Positions 20,089 to 29,887 of a stretch of DNA of 64,000 nt are shown piece after piece (the first letter of the stretch is position 1; each line of letters opens with the position of its first letter). Source of the stretch: Gammaproteobacteria bacterium (lineage in GTDB: Bacteria > Pseudomonadota > Gammaproteobacteria > JABCZS01); the NCBI GenBank assembly GCA_021773275.1, contig JAJFKJ010000053.1:63421-127420 (forward strand), given 5' to 3'. Both the position numbers and the translations under genes were made by a program. The notes under the pieces are model-generated. The model did not search any database and was not told where the DNA came from. It saw nothing but the letters and a program-made list of their open reading frames with translations.

Positions 20089-20703
20089 ATGTATAAGGGC
20101 CAACTTTACATTATTGCTGCCCCCAGCGGTGCCGGAAAAACTAGCTTGGTTTCTGCCCTGCTAGAGAATCTGTCAGATATTCAAGTATCTGTTTCACATA
20201 CTACTCGCGAAAAGCGTGCAGGTGAACAAGAGGGTGTAAACTACTTTTTTGTCGATGAAGCTACGTTCATGCAGAAGCAGCAGCAGGGGGAATTTTTAGA
20301 AAGCGCTAAAGTATTTGATAACTACTACGGAACCTGCAAAAAATGGGTGCTTGAGATGCTGAGCCAAGGTACTGATGTTGTATTGGAAATCGACTGGCAG
20401 GGTGCTCGCATTATTCGGGAGTTGATGCCTAATGCGGTAGGCATTTTTGTATTACCGCCTTCAATGAGTACGCTGCAAGAGCGTTTAAGCAGTCGTGCAG
20501 AAGACCAGCAGGCAGTCATCGACAAACGTATGCAGCATGCCGGGCAAGAAATCTCCCATTTTGATGAATTTGACTATATCGTTGTTAATGACAATTTCGA
20601 GCAGGCCCTCAATGATCTCAGCGTGATTGTTCAGGCAGAACGCCTGCGGCGCGAGGTTCAGCAGCCAAAACACCGTGATTTGCTGCAAGATCTCTTGCAA
20701 TAA
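20089..20703 (+). CDS. gmk: Guanylate kinase.
   Basis: It has the P-loop APSGAGKTSL and is collinear with E. coli Gmk. The AAGGAG RBS precedes the ATG at 20089; the track ORF from 20038 is an upstream extension. Confidence 0.95.
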   Translation: MYKGQLYIIAAPSGAGKTSLVSALLENLSDIQVSVSHTTREKRAGEQEGVNYFFVDEATFMQKQQQGEFLESAKVFDNYYGTCKKWVLEMLSQGTDVVLEIDWQGARIIRELMPNAVGIFVLPPSMSTLQERLSSRAEDQQAVIDKRMQHAGQEISHFDEFDYIVVNDNFEQALNDLSVIVQAERLRREVQQPKHRDLLQDLLQ

Positions 20704-20762
20704 GCCCCTAATCTCTATACACTGGCCATTGGCTTGCCCATAGATAAATTGAAGAGGAACAC

Positions 20763-21224
20763 ATGGCTAGAATCACTGTAGAAGACTGCTTAAAAGAGCA
20801 AAATAATCGCTTTGAACTTACCCTATTAGCAGCTAAAAGAGCGCGTCAGCTCGTTATGAGCGGCCAGGAGCCACTTGTACCTTGGGAGAACGATAAGCCT
20901 ACGGTTGTAGCCCTTCGTGAGATAGCCGAGGGCCTAATTACCCCTGAAATCATGAAGCAGCAAGAAGCTGCTAAGCGCCGAGCCGAATCTATGGATGCTC
21001 AAGACATGTTAGCCCAGGCGGCTTCTAGCATCGCCCAGGTTGATGCCAAAGAGGCCATGCTTGAGACCGCTGAAGAAGCGCTTACCGTAGAGGCTGTGGA
21101 AGAAATTCAAGAAGAAGCAATCAAACTTGAAGCTGAGCCAGAATCAGCGCCAGAGCCTGAATCTGCCCCAGAACCTGAATCTGAGCCAGAAGAAATCAAG
21201 CCAGAGTCACCCGAAACGGAATAA
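20763..21224 (+). CDS. rpoZ: RNA polymerase omega subunit with an extended acidic PE-repeat C-terminal tail.
   Basis: ARITVEDCL...[16 protein letters not shown] is the omega core. The extra roughly 60 aa include (PESAPE)n, encoded by 18-bp tandem repeats at about 21134..21198. Confidence 0.9.
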   Translation: MARITVEDCLKEQNNRFELTLLAAKRARQLVMSGQEPLVPWENDKPTVVALREIAEGLITPEIMKQQEAAKRRAESMDAQDMLAQAASSIAQVDAKEAMLETAEEALTVEAVEEIQEEAIKLEAEPESAPEPESAPEPESEPEEIKPESPETE

Positions 21225-21294
21225 GTCCTTTCAGGCCCAGCTGAAAACCCCTATAATTAATATATAGAATTAATTATAACCGTGGAGCTATTGG

Positions 21295-23415
21295 GTGTTT
21301 CAATTTAACGACTTACGAGAAGAGCTAGCTCAATATCTAGACCACGACAAGATCGCAAAAATTTCCCAAGCCTATGCTGTTGCGGCCACGGCACATGAGA
21401 AACAAATACGCCAGACTGGCGACCCGTATATTATCCATCCAATTGCTGTTGCCCGCATCTTGGCAGCACAGCGTATGGATTTTGAGACCATTATGGCTGC
21501 TTTGTTGCATGATGTATTGGAAGATACCAATGTTGACAAAGAAAGCTTGGCTAAAGAGTTTGGTCAAACAGTAGCTGAGATGGTCGATGGCGTGAGCAAG
21601 CTAACGCAAATTCATTTTGAGTCGCGCGAAGAAGCGCAAGCAGAAAATTTCCGTAAGATGTTGCTTGCTATGACCAAAGACATTCGGGTTATTCTCATTA
21701 AGCTGGCAGATCGTTTGCACAATATGCGCACCATCGATGCTTTGCAGCCAGAGCGCAGACGGCGCATTTCCCGCGAAACACTAGAAATCTATGCACCGAT
21801 TGCTAATCGTTTAGGTATGCACAATATCCGGGTTGAGTTTGAAGACCTGGGTTTTTCAGCGCTCTACCCGCAACGCTGTCGTGTATTAAAAGCAAGAGTG
21901 CGTAAGGCACGAGGCAATCGCAAACAAATATTTAAAAACATCGAAGTCGAACTTAAAAAATGTTTTAAAGATGCGAAAATACCAGAAAGCGCTATTCAAG
22001 GAAGAGAAAAACATTTATATAGCATATACCGAAAAATGCGTAGCAAAAATATTTCATTTAATGAAGTTATGGATGTTTATGCATTCCGCGTGGTCGTGCC
22101 AACGATAGATGAATGTTATCGAATTTTAGGCTTGGTGCACAATTTATATAAACCCGTGCCGGGTCGCTTTAAAGATTATATTGCTATTCCTAAAGCCAAT
22201 GGTTATCAATCGCTACATACAGTATTGTTTGGCCCTTACGGCGTACCGATCGAAATACAAATACGAACACAAGAAATGGACCGGCTTGCCGAAAACGGCA
22301 TCGCAGCGCATTGGTTGTATAAAACATCGGCGACCAGCGTAGACAAGGCACAAGCGTGGTTAACAAATTTATTATCACTACAAAAAAGCACAGGCTCTTC
22401 TTTAGAATTCATTGAAAACGTCAAAATTGATTTATTTCCTGATGAAGTTTATGTCTTCACTCCTAAAGGTGAGATCATGGAGTTGCCAGGTCGTGCAACC
22501 GCCGTTGATTTTGCATATGCAGTGCACACCGATGTGGGCAATAGTTGTGTTGCCGCAAAAATTGATCGCCGTTTGGCACCACTGAGCACACGCTTGGCTA
22601 ATGGCCAAACAGTAGAGGTAGTTAGTGCCACGGGTGCGCGGCCAAACCCTGCGTGGCTAAATTTTGTGGTAACCGGTAAAGCACGTTCGAGCATCCGTCA
22701 CTTTTTGAAAAGCCAACAACGTGCAGAGCTTATTTTGCTTGGGCAGCGTTTGTTAAATGTTGCTTTACGAGCCATTACTTTAACAATAGAAAAAATTCCG
22801 CAAGAAACGATGGAAGATTACTTAAATGGTTCAGAATATACAGATTTAGATATGCTACATGAAGCCATTGGTAAAGGTGAACGTTCCGCTTCTTTAGTTG
22901 CTAGACAACTTGCAGGGCAAGCAAATCAAGAACAAGCAGCTTTTGGTGAGGAAGGTGGTGCAATGCATGCGCCACTTACCATTAAGGGTACAGAAGGCAT
23001 GATGGTGAAATTTGCCAAATGTTGTTGGCCAATTCCAAGCGACCCTATTCTAGGCCTTATGTCGGCTGGCCAAGGTTTGAACATTCACCAAGAAACATGC
23101 CGACGTGTTAAAAAGTTATCCCCTGACTCCAGTAAAACCGTTGCAGTACAATGGGAAGAACAACCCGAAGGCGAATTTCAAGTCGAGCTTAGAGTTGAAG
23201 TGCGTAACAAGCGCGGTATTTTGGCATCACTTGCCAACGCTGTGGCATTGGCAGGCGCGAATATTGATATGGTTAAAAGCGAAGATAAAGACGGTCGCTA
23301 TACCTCAATCACGATTATTATTTCAGTGCACAATCGCGCCCATCTGGCCCGAGTCATGCGTGCCATACATGCCAATAAATCTGTAAGCAAAGTCACCCGT
23401 TCGATTGGTCGCTAG
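21295..23415 (+). CDS. spoT: Bifunctional (p)ppGpp synthetase/hydrolase.
   Basis: GTG start with a GGAG RBS. The HD motif (HDVLEDT) is intact. It is collinear with E. coli SpoT, including the TGS and ACT regions. Confidence 0.9.
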   Translation: MFQFNDLREELAQYLDHDKIAKISQAYAVAATAHEKQIRQTGDPYIIHPIAVARILAAQRMDFETIMAALLHDVLEDTNVDKESLAKEFGQTVAEMVDGVSKLTQIHFESREEAQAENFRKMLLAMTKDIRVILIKLADRLHNMRTIDALQPERRRRISRETLEIYAPIANRLGMHNIRVEFEDLGFSALYPQRCRVLKARVRKARGNRKQIFKNIEVELKKCFKDAKIPESAIQGREKHLYSIYRKMRSKNISFNEVMDVYAFRVVVPTIDECYRILGLVHNLYKPVPGRFKDYIAIPKANGYQSLHTVLFGPYGVPIEIQIRTQEMDRLAENGIAAHWLYKTSATSVDKAQAWLTNLLSLQKSTGSSLEFIENVKIDLFPDEVYVFTPKGEIMELPGRATAVDFAYAVHTDVGNSCVAAKIDRRLAPLSTRLANGQTVEVVSATGARPNPAWLNFVVTGKARSSIRHFLKSQQRAELILLGQRLLNVALRAITLTIEKIPQETMEDYLNGSEYTDLDMLHEAIGKGERSASLVARQLAGQANQEQAAFGEEGGAMHAPLTIKGTEGMMVKFAKCCWPIPSDPILGLMSAGQGLNIHQETCRRVKKLSPDSSKTVAVQWEEQPEGEFQVELRVEVRNKRGILASLANAVALAGANIDMVKSEDKDGRYTSITIIISVHNRAHLARVMRAIHANKSVSKVTRSIGR

Positions 23416-25183
23416 CGTGCTCTGGCAAAAATCCACCTGCTTGCATATGCCACATTTTTGCATAATGTCCGTTTGCTTTAAGTAGCGCATCATGCGTACC
23501 ATCTTCGATAATATGCCCTTTATCAAACACCAAAATCCTATCCATCGCAGCTAATGTTGATAAACGGTGCGCAACAACAATGGTTGTGCGTTTACCCATG
23601 AGTTGATGCATGGCTTCCTGAACGTGTTTCTCTGTTACTGAATCAAGGGCTGAAGTTGCTTCATCAAGTATTAAGATCGGCGCATCTTTAAGCATGGCGC
23701 GTGCAATGGCGATACGCTGGCGCTGTCCGCCGGATAATTTCACGCCTCTCTCTCCGACTAATGTTTCGTAACCTTCGGGCAACGTGGTAATGAACTCATC
23801 GCAATGTGCTGCTTTGGCGGCAGCAACAACGGCTTCATCGCTAGCTTCTGGATTGCCATATCGAATGTTTTCCAATAGTGAACGGTGGAACAGCGTTGTA
23901 TCTTGCGGGACCATGACAATACTTTGGTGCAAAGAATCTTGAGTTACTTTAGCAATATTTTGCCCGTCAATTAAAATCTCACCACTTTTAATATCAAAAA
24001 ATCGTAAAATCAGTTGTACAAAAGTTGTTTTCCCGGAACCTGAGTATCCTACTAGACCGACTTTGCTTCCAGGTGCTATGGCCACATTCTTATCTGAAAA
24101 CAGGGCTGTTTCATGATGGTAGTGGAAGCAGACCTCTTCAAATCTAATCTCGCCATGCTTCACTGTTAAGGGCTTTGCATTGTTGTCATCTTTCAGCGTA
24201 ATAGGTTGATTCACCAAAGCCAAAGCTTGTTTAGCAACACCAATCTCACGGAAAAAATCTGTTAAGGTTTGGCTCATAAACCACATTTGACTGGCAACTG
24301 CAAACATAGCAACCATGAGGAAAACAGCATCGCCAGCAGAGATAATCTGATTTTTTGCGCCATTTATTAGGATAAACAGGAAGGCCATCGCTAATAGGAC
24401 ATAAAAAACATCTGTAAGTGTGCGCATAATATTTATACGAGTGAGCATTAGGCGGTTGCTTTTGCGTTCATCCGCCTGTTTTTTCCCGATGCGCTGCATT
24501 TCAAAGCTGCGTCGTGCAAATATTTTAATAGGCAAGATGTTGCTTAACATATCTACTACTTGACCGGAAAGTATGCTTTTGTCTTCAGCATTTATATGTG
24601 AAGCCTTATTGATGCATTGTGCGTACCAAACAATAACGAAGGTTTGTATGCAAACAAATATTGCAAGCGTAACAGCCGCAAACACATTAATAGTTGCAAT
24701 CACTATAATAGAAGCAAGGCAAACAGAACCGGTCCCGATGATACCCCAACAAATTATCACGCGAATTTTATCTATTGCGCCTGGTAGATCTGAAAGCTTA
24801 TTCGACAAGTTGCCGCTCAACCTATCAGTAAAATAGCTATATGATTGTTGCGAAAGACTTTCTAATACTGACATGCGAATATCTGACAAAAACTTGGGAA
24901 TAATGTGGCACTGCACCCATTCTTGAAGACGGCATATTAAGCACAGGGTGAATGCTGCAAATAAGAAAAGACCTGCACCCAGATAAATCTCATAGGGCAG
25001 ACCAGCTTGCTCAGGCGAGATTTGCGTGACACCATCCACAAGAAGTTTAACGGCATAGGGTTGAACTGTGTTTTCCAAGATCAAAAAAACAGGCGCGATA
25101 AAAAATAGCGCGAAAGCTATTGGGTAGCGTTTTATAAAGTGCCAGGTAAATGGCCATAGGGTGTTTGGCAGCTTGGGTATCAT
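23393..25183 (-). CDS. ABC exporter, fused permease-ATPase (MsbA/multidrug-like).
   Basis: It has a six-TM N-domain plus Walker A (GYSGSGKTT), the ABC signature (LSGGQRQR) and Walker B (ILILDEATSALD). Confidence 0.85.
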   Translation of the reverse strand: MIPKLPNTLWPFTWHFIKRYPIAFALFFIAPVFLILENTVQPYAVKLLVDGVTQISPEQAGLPYEIYLGAGLFLFAAFTLCLICRLQEWVQCHIIPKFLSDIRMSVLESLSQQSYSYFTDRLSGNLSNKLSDLPGAIDKIRVIICWGIIGTGSVCLASIIVIATINVFAAVTLAIFVCIQTFVIVWYAQCINKASHINAEDKSILSGQVVDMLSNILPIKIFARRSFEMQRIGKKQADERKSNRLMLTRINIMRTLTDVFYVLLAMAFLFILINGAKNQIISAGDAVFLMVAMFAVASQMWFMSQTLTDFFREIGVAKQALALVNQPITLKDDNNAKPLTVKHGEIRFEEVCFHYHHETALFSDKNVAIAPGSKVGLVGYSGSGKTTFVQLILRFFDIKSGEILIDGQNIAKVTQDSLHQSIVMVPQDTTLFHRSLLENIRYGNPEASDEAVVAAAKAAHCDEFITTLPEGYETLVGERGVKLSGGQRQRIAIARAMLKDAPILILDEATSALDSVTEKHVQEAMHQLMGKRTTIVVAHRLSTLAAMDRILVFDKGHIIEDGTHDALLKANGHYAKMWHMQAGGFLPEHASDQSNG

Positions 25184-25281
25184 GGTAGTTTTAATAATAA
25201 CACAGATATGGCATGCTCAAGAAGGGGTGGCATTCATCAATTAATGTTAAACTATACTGAGAAAACACAGTAGGAACGGCG

Positions 25282-26259
25282 ATGCGACGCATATTATTAA
25301 TCATTCTAACTTTTTCCTGTCTTACGGTATGGGCGGCGGACCCTTTCGAGCTTATGATGCGTAAGCAAGAAGAGCTGCGGCAAGCAGATATGGAACGCCG
25401 GCAAAACTTTATTTACCCGGGCGGTGAGCGTTTTATGGAAAACGCCTCGAAGAATGATGTGATCGCTCTACGCTGGTATGCTGCTGCCGGTGATGTCGAT
25501 GCACAAGCGGTGCTGGGCGATATTTACGCGAAAGGTTTTATCGAACCACAAAATTTAGAGTCCGCGGTTTATTGGTATAATTTGGCCGCACGTTACGGCA
25601 ACACCTATGCACAATACATGATGGGCTTAAGCAATCAGCTTGGTTGGCTTGGCCGGCCTAACGCCGATGAAGCGAACAATTGGTTTCGCGAAGCAACCAT
25701 CAACGGAACCAATGCATGCGCGCAACGTCGCGTTGCACAATTTTTCAATGACATCGATAGTGCTTTGTATGATTTTGCAGAATCATTTCGTTGGTTTGAG
25801 CGAGCCGCTAAGAACAATGATCTAGAGTCACAGTTAAACCTAGCCGATTGGTATTTAAATGGTGATGTTATTGGCCGAGATATTTTATCTGCAATGAAAT
25901 GGTATGGCAGGGCAGCTGCACAAAAAGATCCTTATGCACAATACAGCTTGGGTTTAATCTATTTAAAAGGTGATGAAATTATTCCCATCGATTACACTTC
26001 TGCAGTAGAGTGGATCGAGCGCGCCGCTTGGCAAAACTACAGCGCAGCGCAGTATACCTTGGGTCGATTATATTCACAAGGTATTGGTGTGCCGCGCAGT
26101 GACACACAAGCCTATGCATGGTGGTCAATGGCGAATAAATTTGAGAACCCTGCGGTTGAACGCGACCTTGCACGGATCACGCAAAAAATGTCATTGGAAG
26201 AAATTGATCAGGCAGTTAAGCTTGCACATGCCTATGAAGCAGATATGGTGGGTTGGTAA
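25282..26259 (+). CDS. Secreted Sel1-repeat (SLR/TPR-like) protein, LpnE/EnhC-like.
   Basis: It has a signal peptide and at least six Sel1-like repeats (AQxxLGxxYxxG...A..WY..AA). Confidence 0.8.
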   Translation: MRRILLIILTFSCLTVWAADPFELMMRKQEELRQADMERRQNFIYPGGERFMENASKNDVIALRWYAAAGDVDAQAVLGDIYAKGFIEPQNLESAVYWYNLAARYGNTYAQYMMGLSNQLGWLGRPNADEANNWFREATINGTNACAQRRVAQFFNDIDSALYDFAESFRWFERAAKNNDLESQLNLADWYLNGDVIGRDILSAMKWYGRAAAQKDPYAQYSLGLIYLKGDEIIPIDYTSAVEWIERAAWQNYSAAQYTLGRLYSQGIGVPRSDTQAYAWWSMANKFENPAVERDLARITQKMSLEEIDQAVKLAHAYEADMVGW

Positions 26260-27179
26260 TGACGCTTACCGAACTACGATACATCGTAGCCGTAGCAAAG
26301 CTTCGGCACTTCGGCAGAGCAGCGGAACAATGTTTCGTGAGCCAACCTACACTCAGCGTTGCTGTTAAAAAGCTAGAAGCAGAATTAAACGTTGCAATTT
26401 TTGAGCGCAACAAACAAGATGTTCGTGTAACGCCCATTGGCGAAGTCATTGCTGCACAGGCACAACGCGTGTTAGAGCAAGCAGAAAAAATCAAACAACT
26501 GGCCAGCAGTGGCCGTGATGAACTAAAAGGCGTATTACGCATCGGTGCGATTTATAGCATCGGGCCAAATATTTTTCCACATCTACTACCAAAGATGCAT
26601 CGTAAAGCGCCCAATATGCCATTGTATATATTAGAAGGTTACACAAAAGTTTTACGGCAGAAATTAATTTCAGGTGATTTGGATGTTATTTTAGTATCAA
26701 CACCGTTCAACGAACCTAACATTGTTACCGAAGTTTTATTCGAAGAGGCTTTCGATATTTTATTGCCAAAAGATCATGCCCTTGCCAAAAAATCTAAAAT
26801 ATCAGCAAAAGAATTAAAAGGCGAAAACATTTTATTACTGGGCGAGGGCCATTGCTTTCGTAACCAAGTGCTCGAAGTATGCCCACACTGCGCCGATGTA
26901 ACCCCGGACAACGCAAGTACGCAAATGGTCGAAGGTGGTTCATTAGAAACTTTACGTTACATGGTTGCCAGTGGTTTGGGTATTACCATCTTGCCGCAGC
27001 TTGCATGCAACATTTCTGGCGCCATCAAACGTTCCGTTGTAACCCGCTCATTTGTTAAACCTGCACCAAAGCGCGAAATCGCCATCGCCTACCGCGAAGG
27101 CTTCCCCCGCGAAAAAGCCATCGACCTAGTGGTCGAAACCCTGCAAGATTGCAATCTACCCGGCGTTACCTGGCGGTAA
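26259..27179 (+). CDS. oxyR: LysR-family hydrogen-peroxide sensor OxyR.
   Basis: The HTH N-domain and GHCFRNQVLEVC, bearing the two redox cysteines, align with E. coli OxyR GHCLRDQAMGFC. The ATG overlaps the upstream stop (TAATG). Confidence 0.85.
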   Translation: MTLTELRYIVAVAKLRHFGRAAEQCFVSQPTLSVAVKKLEAELNVAIFERNKQDVRVTPIGEVIAAQAQRVLEQAEKIKQLASSGRDELKGVLRIGAIYSIGPNIFPHLLPKMHRKAPNMPLYILEGYTKVLRQKLISGDLDVILVSTPFNEPNIVTEVLFEEAFDILLPKDHALAKKSKISAKELKGENILLLGEGHCFRNQVLEVCPHCADVTPDNASTQMVEGGSLETLRYMVASGLGITILPQLACNISGAIKRSVVTRSFVKPAPKREIAIAYREGFPREKAIDLVVETLQDCNLPGVTWR

Positions 27180-27342
27180 GGAATGCAAGGAATGCCCTGT
27201 GCTTGTGCTCGCTGCTGCGTACACGGGAGTAAATTTTTCTCGCCTCGCGTTGCTCGTTAATTGCTCGAAAAAAATATCCCGATATACTGCACCGCGCTCG
27301 TATTTATTATAAACAGGGCATGCTATATGATCGCCCCCTTTT

Positions 27343-27395
27343 GTAAAGGGGGCAGCGAGCACCGCGAGCGGGGGATTTTATACTTGCAATGATCT
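27343..27395. repeat. Family-B double-hairpin repeat (CCCCCTTTTGTAAAGGGGGCAGCGAGCACCGCGAGCGGGGGATTTTATACTTGCAATGATC), copy 1.
   Basis: It is near-identical to 27545..27606. Related copies are at 29888..29940 and 38444..38500, with a partial copy at 36281..36300. Confidence 0.85.
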
Positions 27396-27544
27396 TGAGT
27401 CAGAGCCGCGCGCGTGAGCAAGCGGGCCAATGCAAGATTGTTAGATGGGCCCACTCCCTTACGGTCGTGGCTCTAAAGACGTGATTATCTTAAGTGCTAG
27501 GCATTGCATATATATTCGTTCTTGCAATAATCTTACCGTTGAAC

Positions 27545-27707
27545 CGCCCCCTTTTGTAAAGGGGGCAGCGAGCACCGCGAGCGGGGGATTTTATACTTGC
27601 AACAATCCTGCTGTAGGGGTCGCATTGTATGCGACCCGGCATTGCACAGCAATGCTGTAACCACGAACTATTGCTCGTGCGGGCAGCATTTAATGCCGCC
27701 CCTACAA
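27545..27707. repeat. Family-B repeat copy 2 joined by the linker CAACAATCCTGCTGTA to a full mosaic palindromic element (unit, hairpins, inverted unit).
   Basis: GTAGGGGTCGCATTGTATGCGACCCG lies at 27613..27638 and the inverted CGGGCAGCATTTAATGCCGCCCCTAC at 27680..27705. Confidence 0.85.
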
Positions 27708-27812
27708 CAGCTTCACCGCCACCTTCAATTACCCTCATAAATAGTCATAATAATAACAAAAATCAATTGACCCTCATCCCCATTTTTCGGTAAGATATCC
27801 TTAAAAATAGGG

Positions 27813-28991
27813 ATGCCCCTTCATATGGATGGAAGATTGATAAATATCAAAGAAGCAAGGATGCTGGAACCCAGTGATCTATTGCCGTACTCAAACAATA
27901 ATTTACTCAGCGATTTAGCTGAAAAGCTAGATGTGCTCACAAAGCTGGTGTTTATCACAGATATGTTTGTGCAAGCCATCGATGCATTTATGCAAGGTCG
28001 CTTGTCCGAGTTTGATGCGCATGTTGGAGATTGCTTATGCCAAATTCGCGCATATCAGATTTTGTTGATGTTCCGCTACCGATCTGATTACGATCTTCTG
28101 ATAGAAAAAGATAAACTAAAAAAACTTTCCTGTTTACTTCATGATCAGGTTGACTTGTACACCAAGCACAGAACTATCAAGCGACAGCTTTGCCCAAAAG
28201 AAATGACAAAAAAAGAAACGTTGCAGGAATTTTTAACAAAACAGAAAATCCATTTTAATATAAGCAGAAAGTCGTTAATAGTACTGCAGTGCTTCTTTTT
28301 ATCAAAGTATAAAGAAATGCATTCGGGTTATACCATTCTTGATCATAACGCTATACAAAAGGGCATGCAGGTTTCTAGAGATTTTTCCAGGCGGATGCTG
28401 CAGTTATATCAAAAGAAAGTCGCAGAAGCTTCTTGTGATTTTATTTCAGATTTATTAGCTGAGGCGCCGTCATTAAAAGGACTGAGGTCCGCCATTCATT
28501 TGTTTAAAGAAAATGATGAGCAAGATAGGTTGGTTTATCCTTCTTTTCTTGTAGGGAAGATTATATTAGAGGATATGCTTTATAGGCAGAATCCTATATT
28601 GATAAAAAGTAATAAGCGAAAGGTGGTTCTTTACCCATGTGCAAGAGAAAATAGCTATTTCGAAAATAGCCCATGCTTTATTTTGGATGGTCTATCAATG
28701 CTAGATAAGGGTTTTTATGAATCTATTAACAAGTTTGGTATCGAAAATATAATATTGTCAAATATGGCAATTCATCCTCAATATCCTGGGGAGAAGTTAT
28801 CCCACCTTAAAAACAACCCTTTTAGGGGGGTAATAGATTCACTTTCGTGTGAGCAAGATAGACAGGATGAATATAATGCACTAAAAAAAATAGAAGAAGA
28901 GTTCATAACCATGAAGTATATTGCATTAGAGCAGGGTTGCCACATAGGTGATCACAGCCTTTTTATATCCAGCATATATATTGTGATTTAA
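27813..28991 (+). CDS. Hypothetical 392-aa protein, AT-rich lineage-specific orphan; candidate effector.
   Basis: A long ORF with markedly lower GC than its neighbours and no recognisable motif. Confidence 0.5.
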   Translation: MPLHMDGRLINIKEARMLEPSDLLPYSNNNLLSDLAEKLDVLTKLVFITDMFVQAIDAFMQGRLSEFDAHVGDCLCQIRAYQILLMFRYRSDYDLLIEKDKLKKLSCLLHDQVDLYTKHRTIKRQLCPKEMTKKETLQEFLTKQKIHFNISRKSLIVLQCFFLSKYKEMHSGYTILDHNAIQKGMQVSRDFSRRMLQLYQKKVAEASCDFISDLLAEAPSLKGLRSAIHLFKENDEQDRLVYPSFLVGKIILEDMLYRQNPILIKSNKRKVVLYPCARENSYFENSPCFILDGLSMLDKGFYESINKFGIENIILSNMAIHPQYPGEKLSHLKNNPFRGVIDSLSCEQDRQDEYNALKKIEEEFITMKYIALEQGCHIGDHSLFISSIYIVI

Positions 28992-29157
28992 TCGGGGGCC
29001 AGTTTAGCAAAGCTTCCTCAAACCTTAATATGAATCGTTATAGTTGCAAAATTACTAATATAAAGGAACAAGAAAACCTAGTTGTGGTCTGACCAAGGTA
29101 AATCCGTCATAGCTTATTATCTGCTACTATATATTAAAGAAATATAGTGGAATTGAA

Positions 29158-29853
29158 ATGCTCAACTTAATTGACAAACATCTTGAGGAAATTCTGGACT
29201 TGCTCCCTGCGCATGTGTATTGGAAAGATGCACGTAGCGTATATCATGGCTGTAATCAGTCACAGGCTACCGATATTGGGTTAAGCTCCAAAGAACAAAT
29301 AATAGGAAAAACAGATTATGACTTTTCTGAGAAAGATGTCGCTGCTGAAATAATAAAAATTGATAAACGCGTTATAAAGGAAAAAAAAGCAGTAACTATT
29401 GAGGAGTCTTCAGATGTCAGTAGTGGCGCAGAAACATTTTTGTCAAATAAAATACCACTTTTTGATGAAAGCGGTGAGGTAGTTGGTGTATTTGGCATAT
29501 CATTTAATATTTCTCAATTGAAAACGAAAGAGCGAACTCTTTCTAAAGAAAAAGAAACATTAGAGCTTACACTAGAAAGTATTATGTCTAACATGCCGGG
29601 GCATGTCTACTGGAAAAACTTGAAGGGTGAAATTTTAGGCTGTAATGAAGCGCAAGCGAAAAGTTTAAAAATGACTCGAGAGAGAGTGATTGGTAAGACG
29701 GCCTTTGATACGCTTCCAGCTGAAGAAGCAGAAAAAATCAATAAAATAGACCAGCAAGTTATATCGACAGGGCAGGCCTGTACAGCTGACGAACATGCCG
29801 TTGATAGCGACAAATTAATTTCATTCCGCGAATACCTTGAGTCAATGGTGTAA
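29158..29853 (+). CDS. Tandem PAS-domain protein with no output domain.
   Basis: It has two repeats of the PAS-type motif (HVYWKD...YHGCN and HVYWKN...ILGCN), each followed by a GKTxxD segment. Confidence 0.65.
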   Translation: MLNLIDKHLEEILDLLPAHVYWKDARSVYHGCNQSQATDIGLSSKEQIIGKTDYDFSEKDVAAEIIKIDKRVIKEKKAVTIEESSDVSSGAETFLSNKIPLFDESGEVVGVFGISFNISQLKTKERTLSKEKETLELTLESIMSNMPGHVYWKNLKGEILGCNEAQAKSLKMTRERVIGKTAFDTLPAEEAEKINKIDQQVISTGQACTADEHAVDSDKLISFREYLESMV

Positions 29854-29887
29854 TGATAATCTTATATAAGTGTCGAACCCAAAATTC

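Noticed and set aside
27343-27606. Two near-identical 55-60-bp direct repeats separated by about 150 bp; considered as a minimal CRISPR array.
   Set aside because: There are only two copies and the intervening sequence is far longer than a spacer. The same repeat occurs dispersed at 29888, 36281 and 38444, fused to palindromic units. It is a dispersed repeat family, not CRISPR.
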